From NCBI GenBank assembly GCA_054600435.1, contig BAAIJX010000018.1, positions 372,001 through 408,980 on the forward strand: a DNA stretch of 36,980 bases. Direction: 5' to 3'. The notes beneath the pieces were generated by a model. That model had not been told where the DNA came from. It did no database searches and saw only the letters and a program-made list of their open reading frames with translations. Within the stretch, counting starts at the first letter, position 1; each line of letters opens with the position of its first letter. Shown in pieces: positions 23,586 to 34,123 of this stretch. Both the position numbers and the translations under genes were made by a program. Source of the DNA: Neophaeotheca triangularis. Taxonomy: Eukaryota.

Positions 23586-24001
23586 AACTACCCCACCCCG
23601 CGCATACGTGCAGACAGTCGCGAAGAACATGATGTGGGACTGGCACCGGGAAGGCAAGGCGTTGTGGCTGCAAAATGCACATCACGATACATATCACGCA
23701 AGTGCCGCTTGACTGCGGAGGCGGAATGGGCTGCCCCTGAAGAGTCAAGGTTGACGAGAGTTGTAATTATGGTATGAACAACTTCACCACCTGAAAAATC
23801 CGGCCCACACAGCTTCGAGTTTGCTTCGACCGCTTTTACGACCTGCAGATCGAGCGAAAGCCAGCTCATGTCTGCTCGACAGCGGCAAAGTTTGGCGCGG
23901 ACGTGCAAAAGCGTTCAACACTAGACATTGCTAAGACCGTAGCCGCAAAGCCACTTCCTCCCTCGGGCAAAGCTTGCGACCTCAAGTACGTCGCGACCCT
24001 C

Positions 24002-24734
24002 TCACATCGCCACATTCCTCTCCATTGTAGCCGGGAAACTGCTCACCCGCTCATCATACCCCCAAAGACTCATCTCAGCATCCTTCCGCCCCTCCTCCCT
24101 CCCCAGAATCCTATCCCTATTATCCCCACTCGTCCCGCCCTCACTCCACGTACCTCTCCCATTCGCCCCCAACGCATACTGCCTCACCCCAAAAGGCATG
24201 CCTCTCTTCCTACCCTCACCGGGCGTAAACCTAAACCCTTTAGTCCCGCTCGCACTCGCCACGCCTCTGCAGCCGCGACTCCCGCTCCCAGAGGTCTTGG
24301 CAAAAGAGCGGAGAGGTCTGGGCTTTGATGGAGCGGAAGTAAGCGAGAACCCCCCTAACGTGTGCGAGGTTGGCGCCTAGGATGCCACAGTGGATCTCAA
24401 TGAGGCCGAGGCTCGAGGTGCGCACGGCGGCGAAGGCGGTCGCGCTGTGTTTTTTAATGCCCGAGGAGGGGAGGTGGTAGTTGTGGGGGAGGGGGGGGTT
24501 GTTTATATTCTTGGATTCTTGTATCTTTCGGATACTGTTAACCGAGCAAAGTACGCGAGACAGCTCATCCCGTTCACAGTACGCTCGGTCGAGGTTCCCA
24601 GCCATACCCCATACCGGCACTGAAGTCGCGGTCGTCGCGTTTCTGTCAGGCAGGAAATGGAGTTTCCGGGACCTCTCATGCAGACCGCACTGGTTGAGAC
24701 ACGGCAAGATCAATCCAAAGACAGGCCACTTCAC
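24002..24734 (-). pseudogene. Possible degraded fungal integral-membrane (PTH11/rhodopsin-domain-like) gene remnant
   Basis: ATAFAAVR...LIEIHCGILGANLAHVRGVL resembles the last helix (IExxxGIIxAxLPxLR) of PTH11-like proteins. A Ser/Gly-rich tail (AKTSGSGSR...) continues in another frame. No coherent upstream exons found. Confidence 0.3.
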
Positions 24735-25890
24735 TACTCTACTCTACTCTGAGTGAACTCGATGGAGAGCATGCCCCGCTGGTACCAATCGGACCCCACC
24801 ACCATGACAAAGCTCCATAGCCGGAATCCGCTTGTAGCTCGCTAGCTAGGTTGACTGTCCTTTTGTGGTAGATGCCAGGCGCAGTGCATCGGGAAGCTCG
24901 CGCGGTACTCGACTTCCATTCCCCGGTGGAGAACGGTTTTGGTGAGTGAGTGAGTGGCAAGAGCCGCGAGCGGGAGAGCTATAGGTGCGCCGCGCGAGGT
25001 TTTCCGTATCCGACCTCAGCACTGTTTGAGGCGAGGCGCAGCAGCCAGAAGCTATGTGGTACAGCGCCAGCCAGTAGCCCAGCTTATCCACTTTCGTGGT
25101 CTTACTTGTTCGTGCCATGATGAGGTTCAGCGGAGGAGAAGAACGAAGAAGGGAGCAAGATGCATGGGAAATTGTCTTTGAGCTCTTTACAAAAAGACGA
25201 CGGGGAATGAATTAGCCGGTTGGAACAGCAGGATACTGAAGACCTAAACCCTTAAACCTCCCTAGTTCTTCTCGCTTAACCTTTTCCATGAGCCAGAACT
25301 TCCAGCTGCAGAGCGCTTATGGATGGACCGGGGCATAGGCACGTTTCTGCAGTGGTTTCAGCGAAACGGGTAAGGATGTCAACGACGATAAACGCCATAG
25401 CTTTACAATGTAGGAGGTAGATGACCTGGCAAATATATGTGTTTGATATATTACCCATAACCTAGATCAGTTTTGAATGTCTTATGAAAGGAACAAAACT
25501 CGAAATCGAAGTACCATGTTTTGCAGAAGCTGATTCCTTACACTATTGAGCTCCGAGAGAAGGGCCACGAGACGAAGGCTTGAAGTGTCGGTAGATACGA
25601 GTATGACATGCTCGATATTTATGCGAGAAGCCGCTAGAAACCTCACAAAGCCGATTTTTATTTTGGCCCGATCTGGCCTCGGAGCCTCAGGGCTTGAGAG
25701 CTAGAGGCAACTTATTAACGAAAGCACGAGCGGGTCTGAAATGAAGGTAGCCTAGCTCCTCACCCATAGCCTCTGCAAAGCCAAAATCATTCTTCACAGG
25801 TTCCCCAGACACAAATCGTCACGCACTGAGACCAGTGAAACAAAAGGCGTTTCCCCCACTCAACCCGTGATGATTTTTTTAAGAAAAAGC

Positions 25891-28181
25891 CTAAACATCA
25901 CTCCCCCCCTTCTCCCCCACATCCTTCCCCCCAAAAGCCAACCTAGAAACCTCCCCCACAACCCCGCTCCCCCCCTTCTTCCCCTCCCTAACCGACGAAG
26001 GCGTCGAGCTATGACTCGGCGGCACATCCAGCGCGGGGTTCTTGGTGAAAAAATTGCGCGGCCGCAACAGCAGACTGAAAGCTTCGGCGGGCATGAGAGG
26101 GAAGTCTTCCGGTGAAGGGAAGTGCGTGATGCCGAAAGTGTGCCAGAGGACGCAGTCGGTGTTTGCGATGTTCGCGTCGGGGTTGGCGGCGATCCAGGCC
26201 GGGATGCCTTGCGAGGGCTCGCCTGAGGTTTGGGGTACGTGGCGGCCCGCCGGGTGCAGTTGGTCGTCGTCGTCTGGGGTTTGGCGGTTAGTATTTGGTG
26301 GGGGGGAGTTGGTTTGGTTTGAGGGTGAGAACAGGGGAGGGCGTACATTTTGTCACGTGCACGGCGTGTCTGGCGAAGCCCGCGCGTTTCCAGACTAGGC
26401 TGTTTTCTTTGGGGAGGAGGTCGGGGACTTCGCGGCTCACAAGCTTGTAGCTGACGGGCTTCTTGCTGTAGGGGTTGAGCTTGTTGGTGTTGCACATTTC
26501 CCATGTGCGGCTGGTGGATCCGTTGTAGTCGCTCATGGCCGTTCCCATCTTTTCGAAAGCTTTCTTTTTGGCGTAGAAAGCGTTGCCGTAGTAGTTTGTC
26601 TCGCTGCCGACTTCGCCTTCGCCACGTGCGGCATCGACCTCCATGACGGTGTTGTCGGAGCCGTCGATGTTGGGGTCGATGCGCATGCAGAAGAGGTGCT
26701 GGTGGTTATGGGCGTTCACGCCGGGGTACACTTCTGTGCCCCATGGTGCTGCGCTCTCGCCTGGCGCGAGAGCGTAGGTATTCAAGATGCCGGTAAGCTT
26801 GATCTCTAGCTGGATGGTGCCGTCTTGGTGCAGAATCCAGTAGACCTACATGCAGTATGAAGTCAGCAACAACGACCTAATGCAAACGATGGTCGAAAAC
26901 GAAAGAACTCACGCAGTACTCGTAGTTGGCAGCCGTAAATATCTGGCTGATCAGCAGCTTTCGAGCACGGGTGGTTGTGCAAGACTCATCGCGGAAGTCG
27001 GTGTGTTTGAAGAGAATTCCAGCGTCTTCTTCGTGAATGCAGATGGCATTCTTGATAGTTTGAGGATCACCAGCACGATTCACAAAAGCAGCATCGAGAT
27101 AGTGTATTGCACCTGTACATTTATTTTTTAGTTCCGTCCTTTGTGATGATCGATTGAGTCTGAGTGATGTACCTTTACAGTCGCAACCCAGGGCGAGCGA
27201 ATTTGTCATATAACCCCCTCCGTACTCACCCAGGTCAAAGGCGTGCTTCCGCTGATGAGGGTGCCCGGGGTTGCCATAAGGGACAACCATCTCTGCAAGA
27301 GACATTCGCCAGAAGATGGGACGCATGGTTCCCTTGTCATTGAACTTGATGTCCGAGAGGACGATACCTTCTCGGTAGTTGAAGCCGATGTGTAGATTCC
27401 AGTTTTGCCAGCTCAATGTCCTCCCATCGATGGAGAAACTGACACCTTCGGGTTGAGTGATGTTGATGGGCTTGAGATCATTTCTGAAGCCTCCCTCTTG
27501 CTTCTCGATGGCCTCGGCGTGGTAATTGAGAGGGGGTGCGGTGTTCAAAGGCCTTCGTACCTTGGGTACGTCGATGTGTACGATAGTCTGTGTGTCTGCG
27601 TTGAAGATGGGACAAAAGTCGAGCGGGTAGGTGTATTGGCTGTCGTCAGGATGCGGCCGGTAGTACATCAGAGCTTGCTGCAGTCTGACATTCGAGCCGA
27701 ATCGCTCGTCGTAGCCAATCGTCCAAGGATCGCAATAAACCTTGTGCATGTCGGATGCAGGAATGCCAATGATACCGCACTGTTCGATCACTTTTGGGTC
27801 TTTGCGTACCACAGACTCAACTATCTGGAGGTCTTCCATGGTGATTAGGGGTTGTACGCCTTCTGTGAGCTCCCAACGAACGAGTCTGCTCTCATTCAAA
27901 TCAACCAGACCATCGTACACTTTGCTGCCCCGGCCAATGGCGACCACATCGGCCACTCTGTGTGGACGAGGGATGGTCTCAGGGGAAGCCATCCACTTTT
28001 TCATGTCGGCTTTTCTGGGCTCCCATAGTGAAACAGCGTTGAAGAAGAGGCCGCTGTGTTCCTTGCGAACAATGGCCACGGCGGCTTGGATTTCTTCGGT
28101 GGTGAGAGGGTCAAAAGGGTGAGTAGGGACGTCCTTGCCTGTGAGATGCGAAGCCATCTGCTGGAGACGTTCGAGGACCAT
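25891..28181 (-). CDS. Copper amine oxidase (peroxisomal primary amine oxidase); exons 28181-27173, 27112-26913, 26845-26347, 26273-25891
   Basis: HPFDPLT, EMVVPYG, LGCDCKG, TPQ-precursor motif ANYEY, Cu ligands HNHQH and THFPSPEDFP. Three GT-AG introns; N-terminal RLQQMASHL PTS2. Confidence 0.96.
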
Positions 28182-28633
28182 GATTGCCGGGATATACTTT
28201 ATGCGAGATTTGGAGAAGATTGTGGCAACGAGAGATGGGACGGGATGAGATGAGACGGGGGGGAGGAGAAGAAGAGAGTATATAAAGAAGAGTAGAGTAG
28301 GTACGTCTTGGTACGGGGTAGCGATAACGTACGTACAATGTATTTCTCATGCCATTGAGCAATCTTGGACGATATGCATGGATAGGTAGGGTAAGTAATA
28401 TTGAATACGAGACGATACCTGATATGTAAGTATATGCGGAGCTGGTCATACCTTGGCGAGGTGACCAAGTGACTCTTGAGCACTCACGGCGTGGAACAGA
28501 ACGTCGTGTGTTCCGCCGCCTCCACTCGTTATCTTTTTCTTATCTATTCGCCTATAACTCACTAGTCCCTCTGGATTTGGCTTAGTCGCCGCTCAGTCTG
28601 TCGCGCGCCAATAATGACTTCAAGTTTGGCCAC

Positions 28634-28681
28634 CGGTATCGGCAGCGGCATCGGCATCGGCATCGGCATCGGCATCGGCAT
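28634..28681 (+). repeat. Hexanucleotide microsatellite (CGGCAT)x8, first two units imperfect
   Basis: cggtat cggcag followed by six perfect cggcat units, upstream of the amine oxidase gene. Confidence 0.95.
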
Positions 28682-29303
28682 GAATCTGGGAGACGGCATC
28701 GGCCAGACCTCCCAACTTCACTTCCCTTCCCTTCACTTCATCTTGCCTTGGTCTCGTGACTTGTCTTGTTTTCCAGCCAGATATTGTTGTGCTTAGACAA
28801 TGCTGGCATCTTTTGTCACTTGTGTTCATAAAGTGAAGCGGTTGGACCGACGCTATGTATTCTACTCATTGTGCTGGCTTCTTATCTGCCACAAGGCGAC
28901 CATCATGCATTCCCCCTTGTAAGCATAGCATATAAATCGTTGTTGAGGTACAGTCAGGCTGCTCAATACCTACTGAATAGCTTTGAGCAGATATACAGCC
29001 GTTACATGTGTGAGGTTAGGAAGGCTCTCGGGAAACCCGCACCACGCACAAGGACAGTCCGCCGCCGTAGTGCACCGCCTCACCACCCTATCATATTCGG
29101 TGACGGGATATTAGACTTGGAAAACGCCCGTCAACTATGGAAACCATCTTGCTAATACTCTATAATACCCATCAACAAAGGCGTCTGATAGGTCAGTCGG
29201 CACATTCGACACTGAGGACATTCCAGCGCCAAGACATCAAACCTTGAATACTGACTTGACCCCTGCATGGTCTGTTTGGCTTCACTGAGGACATTAGGAC
29301 TAC

Positions 29304-29380
29304 TTATTGTCGTCGTTGCTTCACTGACGATGCTTCCATTGAGAGAGATGGTAATGCCTATTGTCGTCGCTGCTATTGTC
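29304..29380 (+). promoter_or_regulatory. CTATTGTC motif cluster upstream of orphan A
   Basis: Exact copies at 29358 and 29373; TTATTGTC at 29304. Confidence 0.6.
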
Positions 29381-29572
29381 CTCGATCATCTATCCAAGTA
29401 CAAATTTCGTTTACTCTAGCTCTGGAGCTCTACCTTCTTCTCCACCACTCAACAACCTGAGATTACTCTTCACGAATTACCCCTCTTCCTTCGCACTACG
29501 CCCTTTACATTGCAGAAAAAACATCATCGCCCTCTTTCACGCATAACTATATACCGCACCAACAAAGAATCA

Positions 29573-30469
29573 ATGCAGACCAGCTTCGAGCAAAAACACA
29601 CCATCGACCTCGGCCACTGCATTCTCGACCCAAAGCGAAAGCACAGCATCACAGACCCTATTATAACTGGCGAGCCAAAAGCCAAGAGACAGCGCGTCTA
29701 TTATGGGATGTCTGACACCGATCACAACCCCAACGAGCTCTACTTCGAGGCCACGCCCGATATACCCAGCCAACGAATACCGAACGAGCTCGAGTCTCCC
29801 ACCAAAACCGAGCCAGACACCGACATATATGGCTCTGGATACAACGTCGACGAGCCTTACTTCAAAGCCGAGCCAGACATCCCTAGTCAGCGGATCCCAA
29901 ACGAGCTCGAGTCTCCCGCGGAAACCGAGCCCCACGCGGAACCGCAGCAACTCGAGCCCCCACCCCAACAGCCCGAAATCGACGCGCGAGGAAGACCAAT
30001 ACTCTCCGTCCAAACCAGTTTCGGTGACACACCACCACCACCCCTCGAAGTCGTCTATCCACCAGAACCACAAGACGAACCCCGTTGGCGGGGCTGGTAC
30101 TCACCCTTGAGCCCACCCAGCCCCACGGGCCCCCTCTCACCCGAGCTCCCACCAACTCCACCGCCCCGCTCGCCTCCAACTTCTCCCCAATACAACCCAC
30201 TCTCTCCACCCCCGCTCCAGCCATCGCCGCCCCCGCCATACTGGAACCAAGAGCCGGAAACCGCCACCGCCTCTCTCCCACCATCTCCCGGCGGAGATCC
30301 CTGGTGGCCCGCCTCTCCCGGCCACGACCCCCGTGACGACGAGATCGCCGAGCTCAAGCGCAAAGTCGCGTTGCAGAAAGCTGTCATCGGCGCTCTGAGG
30401 GACGAGGTGGCGTTGCAGCATAGACGGGTTATTGTCTTGGAGGCTCGGAGGAGGTTTGAGCCGGAGTGA
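29573..30469 (+). CDS. Orphan A, 298 aa: bipartite NLS, 39-aa internal duplication, Pro/Ser-rich region, C-terminal coiled coil
   Basis: First ATG in the ORF; KRKH-x-PKAKRQR; duplicated PDIPSQRIPNELESP differs only synonymously; EIAELKRKVALQKAVIGALRDEV. Confidence 0.8.
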   Translation: MQTSFEQKHTIDLGHCILDPKRKHSITDPIITGEPKAKRQRVYYGMSDTDHNPNELYFEATPDIPSQRIPNELESPTKTEPDTDIYGSGYNVDEPYFKAEPDIPSQRIPNELESPAETEPHAEPQQLEPPPQQPEIDARGRPILSVQTSFGDTPPPPLEVVYPPEPQDEPRWRGWYSPLSPPSPTGPLSPELPPTPPPRSPPTSPQYNPLSPPPLQPSPPPPYWNQEPETATASLPPSPGGDPWWPASPGHDPRDDEIAELKRKVALQKAVIGALRDEVALQHRRVIVLEARRRFEPE

Positions 30470-30917
30470 GGGAGGGATGGGAAGCGGGGAAAGGGGTCAG
30501 CTGGGTTGGGTTTAGCGAGGTTTTGGGGGGTCGGTATGTTCTCGGCTGTGGTAGTTGATGAACATCTTAGGGGGTATGCTGTTGTTTTTACATCGAGATT
30601 GTCTTGTTGTTTAGCGATTGTGTAGCGTGGTGGGAGCGTTTTCGCTGTGGTATATGGCCGAGAAGATCGGTTGCGTTGCTTCCTTGGTTGCTTCTTAGTT
30701 CATATACCCTATATTGCGATCTAATGGAATTCACTTGCTTGGCTCCCGGCCGGCATCCTTACTAAACTTGCCACCAACGTCACATTGTAGTGGAGCGAAT
30801 CTCACCTGATTAACTCAACGTCTTCCACCATGGCCCCTGACTTTGATGTGGAGTAAAAAAGGGGAGAGTGAATCCAGTTGCTCTTGCCTGGCCTTGTACC
30901 CTCACGGCCTCGAACGT

Positions 30918-31031
30918 CTATTGTCAGTGAGCTCATGTAGCGTCCCCTGGCTATTGTCGCCGGCCTATCCATTGTCGGCACAATACCATTGAGCCAACCC
31001 TCGCCAACCTATTGTTGCGCTTGCCATTGTC
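30918..31031 (+). promoter_or_regulatory. CTATTGTC motif cluster upstream of orphan B
   Basis: Exact copies at 30918 and 30951; variants CCATTGTC at 30969 and 31024, CTATTGTT at 31009. Confidence 0.6.
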
Positions 31032-31123
31032 GTCCTGAACATATAACCAACCAAACCCACCAAGAGACACTCTCTTCCTCTTCCCCCCAAAAGACCACAC
31101 CACAAGCAAACCCCCAACCAACC

Positions 31124-31639
31124 ATGGGCAACATCATAACCACTCTCAGCGGCCGGTCCGCTCCCCTCACGGCCCCGCCCACCCCAACCACGCCCCCAGC
31201 TCCCACCGGCCAGAAGCGCAAACGCCACCCCTCAGAGCCAGAAACCCCAACCGAGAGCCGCCCCAAAAAACGCCCGCGAACCCCAAACTTCCGCCTCCTC
31301 CCTCACGACAAAATCTCCACATTCACGACAACACGCTTCCCGGCCCGCAACCCGCGCACCCTCACCCTCACGCTCCTACCGCGCGATGCTCCGGCCCTCC
31401 ACCGCGCCCCAGTCAATCCCCGCCACTACTGGGCCCCTCGCGACCCCGTGCCGCCGAAGCCGTACCTGCTGGAGAATGTCGAGAATCCGTCGCCGGTGGA
31501 GTCGGAGTGCTCGCCTGCGGAATTGGTGAGGGAGGTTATGGAGGTTAGGAGGAGGGTTGAAGGGGCTAGGGAGGAGTGGGCTAGGGGGTTGCGGACCGCG
31601 GTTGTGAGGAGGTTTGAGCGGTCGCCGCGGTCGAGGTAG
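31124..31639 (+). CDS. Orphan B, 171 aa: MGNIIT start, bipartite NLS, charged C-terminal helix
   Basis: ACCATGG start context after a C/A-rich leader; KRKRHPSEPETPTESRPKKRPR; ELVREVMEVRRRVEGAREEW. Confidence 0.65.
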   Translation: MGNIITTLSGRSAPLTAPPTPTTPPAPTGQKRKRHPSEPETPTESRPKKRPRTPNFRLLPHDKISTFTTTRFPARNPRTLTLTLLPRDAPALHRAPVNPRHYWAPRDPVPPKPYLLENVENPSPVESECSPAELVREVMEVRRRVEGAREEWARGLRTAVVRRFERSPRSR

Positions 31640-32071
31640 TTGCGGCTAGGGCTGGGGAGGGGTTTGTTGGAGTTGAGGGCCGGGGGTACCGGGGGGTTTT
31701 GTTGGGGTGGATATATGGCTTTTTCGATTGGGTTGTTTCGCTGCTGTTGTGTTCGGTGCTTCGTTCTTGGTGAGGTGTTTGTTACTGTTTATCCGTTTCT
31801 TTGTCGTGGGGTGCGCCCTGTTCTTGTCGAGCCTTTGCTGAGCTGCCACTGTGGTATTGTTCGTGCAATTGGAAAAGCCGCCGGGGAGAGACAGTCTGTT
31901 GCTATCAAGATGCAATGGTGCCCGCTCAGCTTTTATGTTGCCACCTGCAGCGGGGAAGCCTTGGAGATGCTAGACTACCCATATTACAGCGCTGAGCAGG
32001 CTTGTCTAGATGTTAGCGTTTGCCTCTTACTATATTCCGGCCAGGGACGCCAGCTATGGATCAGTTGGTAT

Positions 32072-32307
32072 AGATTGTCGATGGCCAGAATGTCATCGTT
32101 GTTATTGGACAACAGGCTGACAGGAGCACGCTCTCTTATTGTAGTGGATGCATCCGGATCGATCAACTCCTATTGTCCCATAGTCGATCCCTTCACTTAG
32201 TGGACACCGATCTTGCTATTGTCGACTCGCATTGACGATTCATGGTCCTATTGTCATCATGATCGTGAGACGACAACGTCCAGACTATTGTCGGATCTGC
32301 TATTGTC
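32072..32307 (+). promoter_or_regulatory. CTATTGTC motif cluster upstream of orphan C
   Basis: Exact copies at 32170, 32216, 32248, 32285 and 32300; AGATTGTC at 32072. Confidence 0.65.
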
Positions 32308-32544
32308 AGTGTCAGATACATACTCGACTCCGCCGTAGTCTCCTTCCACGCTCCTCTTCTCTTACTGCAGAACATACCACAGCACGAATCGTCTTCGCAA
32401 GTCTACCGTACGTTGAACCTTCAACTCTCCGCACATCGCAGCCCAATACCACCTCCAGCACAAGCACTAATGCATCAACCCTCAGAAAATCACCGCAATC
32501 AATTCCAAAACAATACCACCAACCCAACCCAATCAATCAAAATC

Positions 32545-33321
32545 ATGCCCAAAACAACCAAGCGCAGCCGGCCTGCCTCCTCCTCAACCGCCTCAGAGCC
32601 CCAAAAAAAGAAAGCCCGCATCCCTCTCGGCCAGCCCCTGAACCTCACCGACAGCAACTACCACGCCTTCAGCACCAAAGCCAACCCCCCGCCCGCGCCG
32701 AAAGGCCCCAGCACCACCAACACCACCACCCCCTTCCTCGACGGGAGCCCCCCTCCCACTCCCAAACGGAGCCCACGGAAAGCTCCCAGCGGTGTCGAAA
32801 GCACCGAAGCGCACCTCGCTCTCGCCGACCGAGAAGAAGCCTGCCGCCAGCGCGAGCAAGACTGCAACCACCGCGAGAAGATGCAGGAATTGCGCTGGGA
32901 TCTTCTCAACTACACGGGCGAGCGGCAGGATGGCGAGGGGGAGCGTCTCGCGGAGAAGGAGGCGGGGCTGGAGGCGAAGGAAGCGGAGCTGGAGGAGAAG
33001 AATGCGGCCTTGGAGCAATTTTACATCGATCTCGATGCCAGGAATTGGGAGGAGTGGCGGAAGAGGTGGCAGAAGGTGGAGATGAGGGAGGAGGTGGTGG
33101 GGAAGAGGGAGTGGGAGTTTGGGCATGAGGTTTATGCTGAGGAGATGCGGCTGTGGCGGAAGAATCAGCGGGTTAAGGAGAGGCTGGAGCGGGTTTTGGT
33201 CTTGGTGGGGGATACGACTACGGAGTTTGCCATGAATTTGGGCGAGATCAAGAAGTATCAGGATCGTTTGAGGGCGGAGTTTTCTGGAGATTTTGACGAC
33301 GAGGTGCCGGAAGTGAAGTAG
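32545..33321 (+). CDS. Orphan C, 258 aa: N-terminal bipartite NLS, Pro/Thr-rich linker, long Glu/Arg/Lys coiled coil
   Basis: AAAATCATG start context; MPKTTKRSR-x-PQKKKAR; LAEKEAGLEAKEAELEEKNAALEQ heptads. Confidence 0.78.
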   Translation: MPKTTKRSRPASSSTASEPQKKKARIPLGQPLNLTDSNYHAFSTKANPPPAPKGPSTTNTTTPFLDGSPPPTPKRSPRKAPSGVESTEAHLALADREEACRQREQDCNHREKMQELRWDLLNYTGERQDGEGERLAEKEAGLEAKEAELEEKNAALEQFYIDLDARNWEEWRKRWQKVEMREEVVGKREWEFGHEVYAEEMRLWRKNQRVKERLERVLVLVGDTTTEFAMNLGEIKKYQDRLRAEFSGDFDDEVPEVK

Positions 33322-33940
33322 CAAGTGGGAGATGGTGGTCGATAGTCGGTTGGATTTACTTGAGGCGTTCTGGTATCTATTCGTGTCATACTTGAAATCG
33401 TTTATGTCCTTCCTCACTCACCGGTCAAAGTGTCCAGTAAAGGAGTTCAAGAAGGGTAAAAAGAAAGCCTCTAGCAACTTAAGCACTAGAAGGAAAGTAA
33501 ACTCATTCAATGAAGAAATTGGTTTAGCTTTCGTGACAGTTGTACTTAACGTCGGTGAACTGCACGACGCCTCAGTCGCCGATTTGAGGTCGTAACTGAG
33601 GGAGGGGACGGGCGCTACCACGAGGTTTCAAACCCAAGTATTTTGGAGAATGGGAGAGTAGGATCTAGATTAAGTCAGCTGGCGTCCAGATCAAGAAGAT
33701 GGGATTAGAAGGGCGAACATACCGACTGCGCCACCGGGTGGATTTGTTGAAGTGCTTCGCTAGAGGTTCGGTGCATCGTCTGTAGTCGACAGCTCTTCTC
33801 ACCAAAGGGAGTCTTGGCGCAGTTGACGCTTCACCTCCTTTGTCACGTGGTAGCTTCTCTTTCCTCAAACGTTCACCCTCGTCACCTAGATTTCAAGTGA
33901 ATGATCCGCGTCGGTTGCTTGGACGACCAAGCTTCGTTAT

Positions 33941-33995
33941 CGATTGTCAGGTGTCTTGCTGTGGTATCATGGTCGATTGAGCTGCAGCTATTGTC
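33941..33995 (+). promoter_or_regulatory. CTATTGTC motif upstream of orphan D
   Basis: Exact copy at 33988; CGATTGTC at 33941. Confidence 0.45.
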
Positions 33996-34123
33996 GGCAC
34001 CGTGCATCCATCTCGTCAACTTTGGTCTCTCGCTAGCCTTACCTGACAAAACACTGTGGGTGCCCGTCTCCTCCACACCCTCCCTCAAGACTAACAGCCT
34101 CCAAGCGAGCGACCGCGACGATC

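Noticed and set aside
25543..25550. Exact CTATTGAG (MAT1-1-1-type) site
   Set aside because: A single isolated copy; about one is expected by chance in 37 kb.
27113..27172. 60-nt in-frame stop-free intron in the amine oxidase
   Set aside because: Short enough to be open by chance, AT-rich like an ordinary intron, and retention would disrupt the conserved CDCKGAIHY core.
28320..28546. Several GATA sequences upstream of the amine oxidase (AreA-type nitrogen control)
   Set aside because: Biologically plausible, but the motif is too short and the region too AT-rich to support from sequence alone.
34056..34105. Possible 5'UTR intron before orphan D (GTGGGT...ACTAAC...AG)
   Set aside because: The acceptor is ambiguous (an AG immediately after the branch site, or a weak AAG) and there is no transcript evidence.
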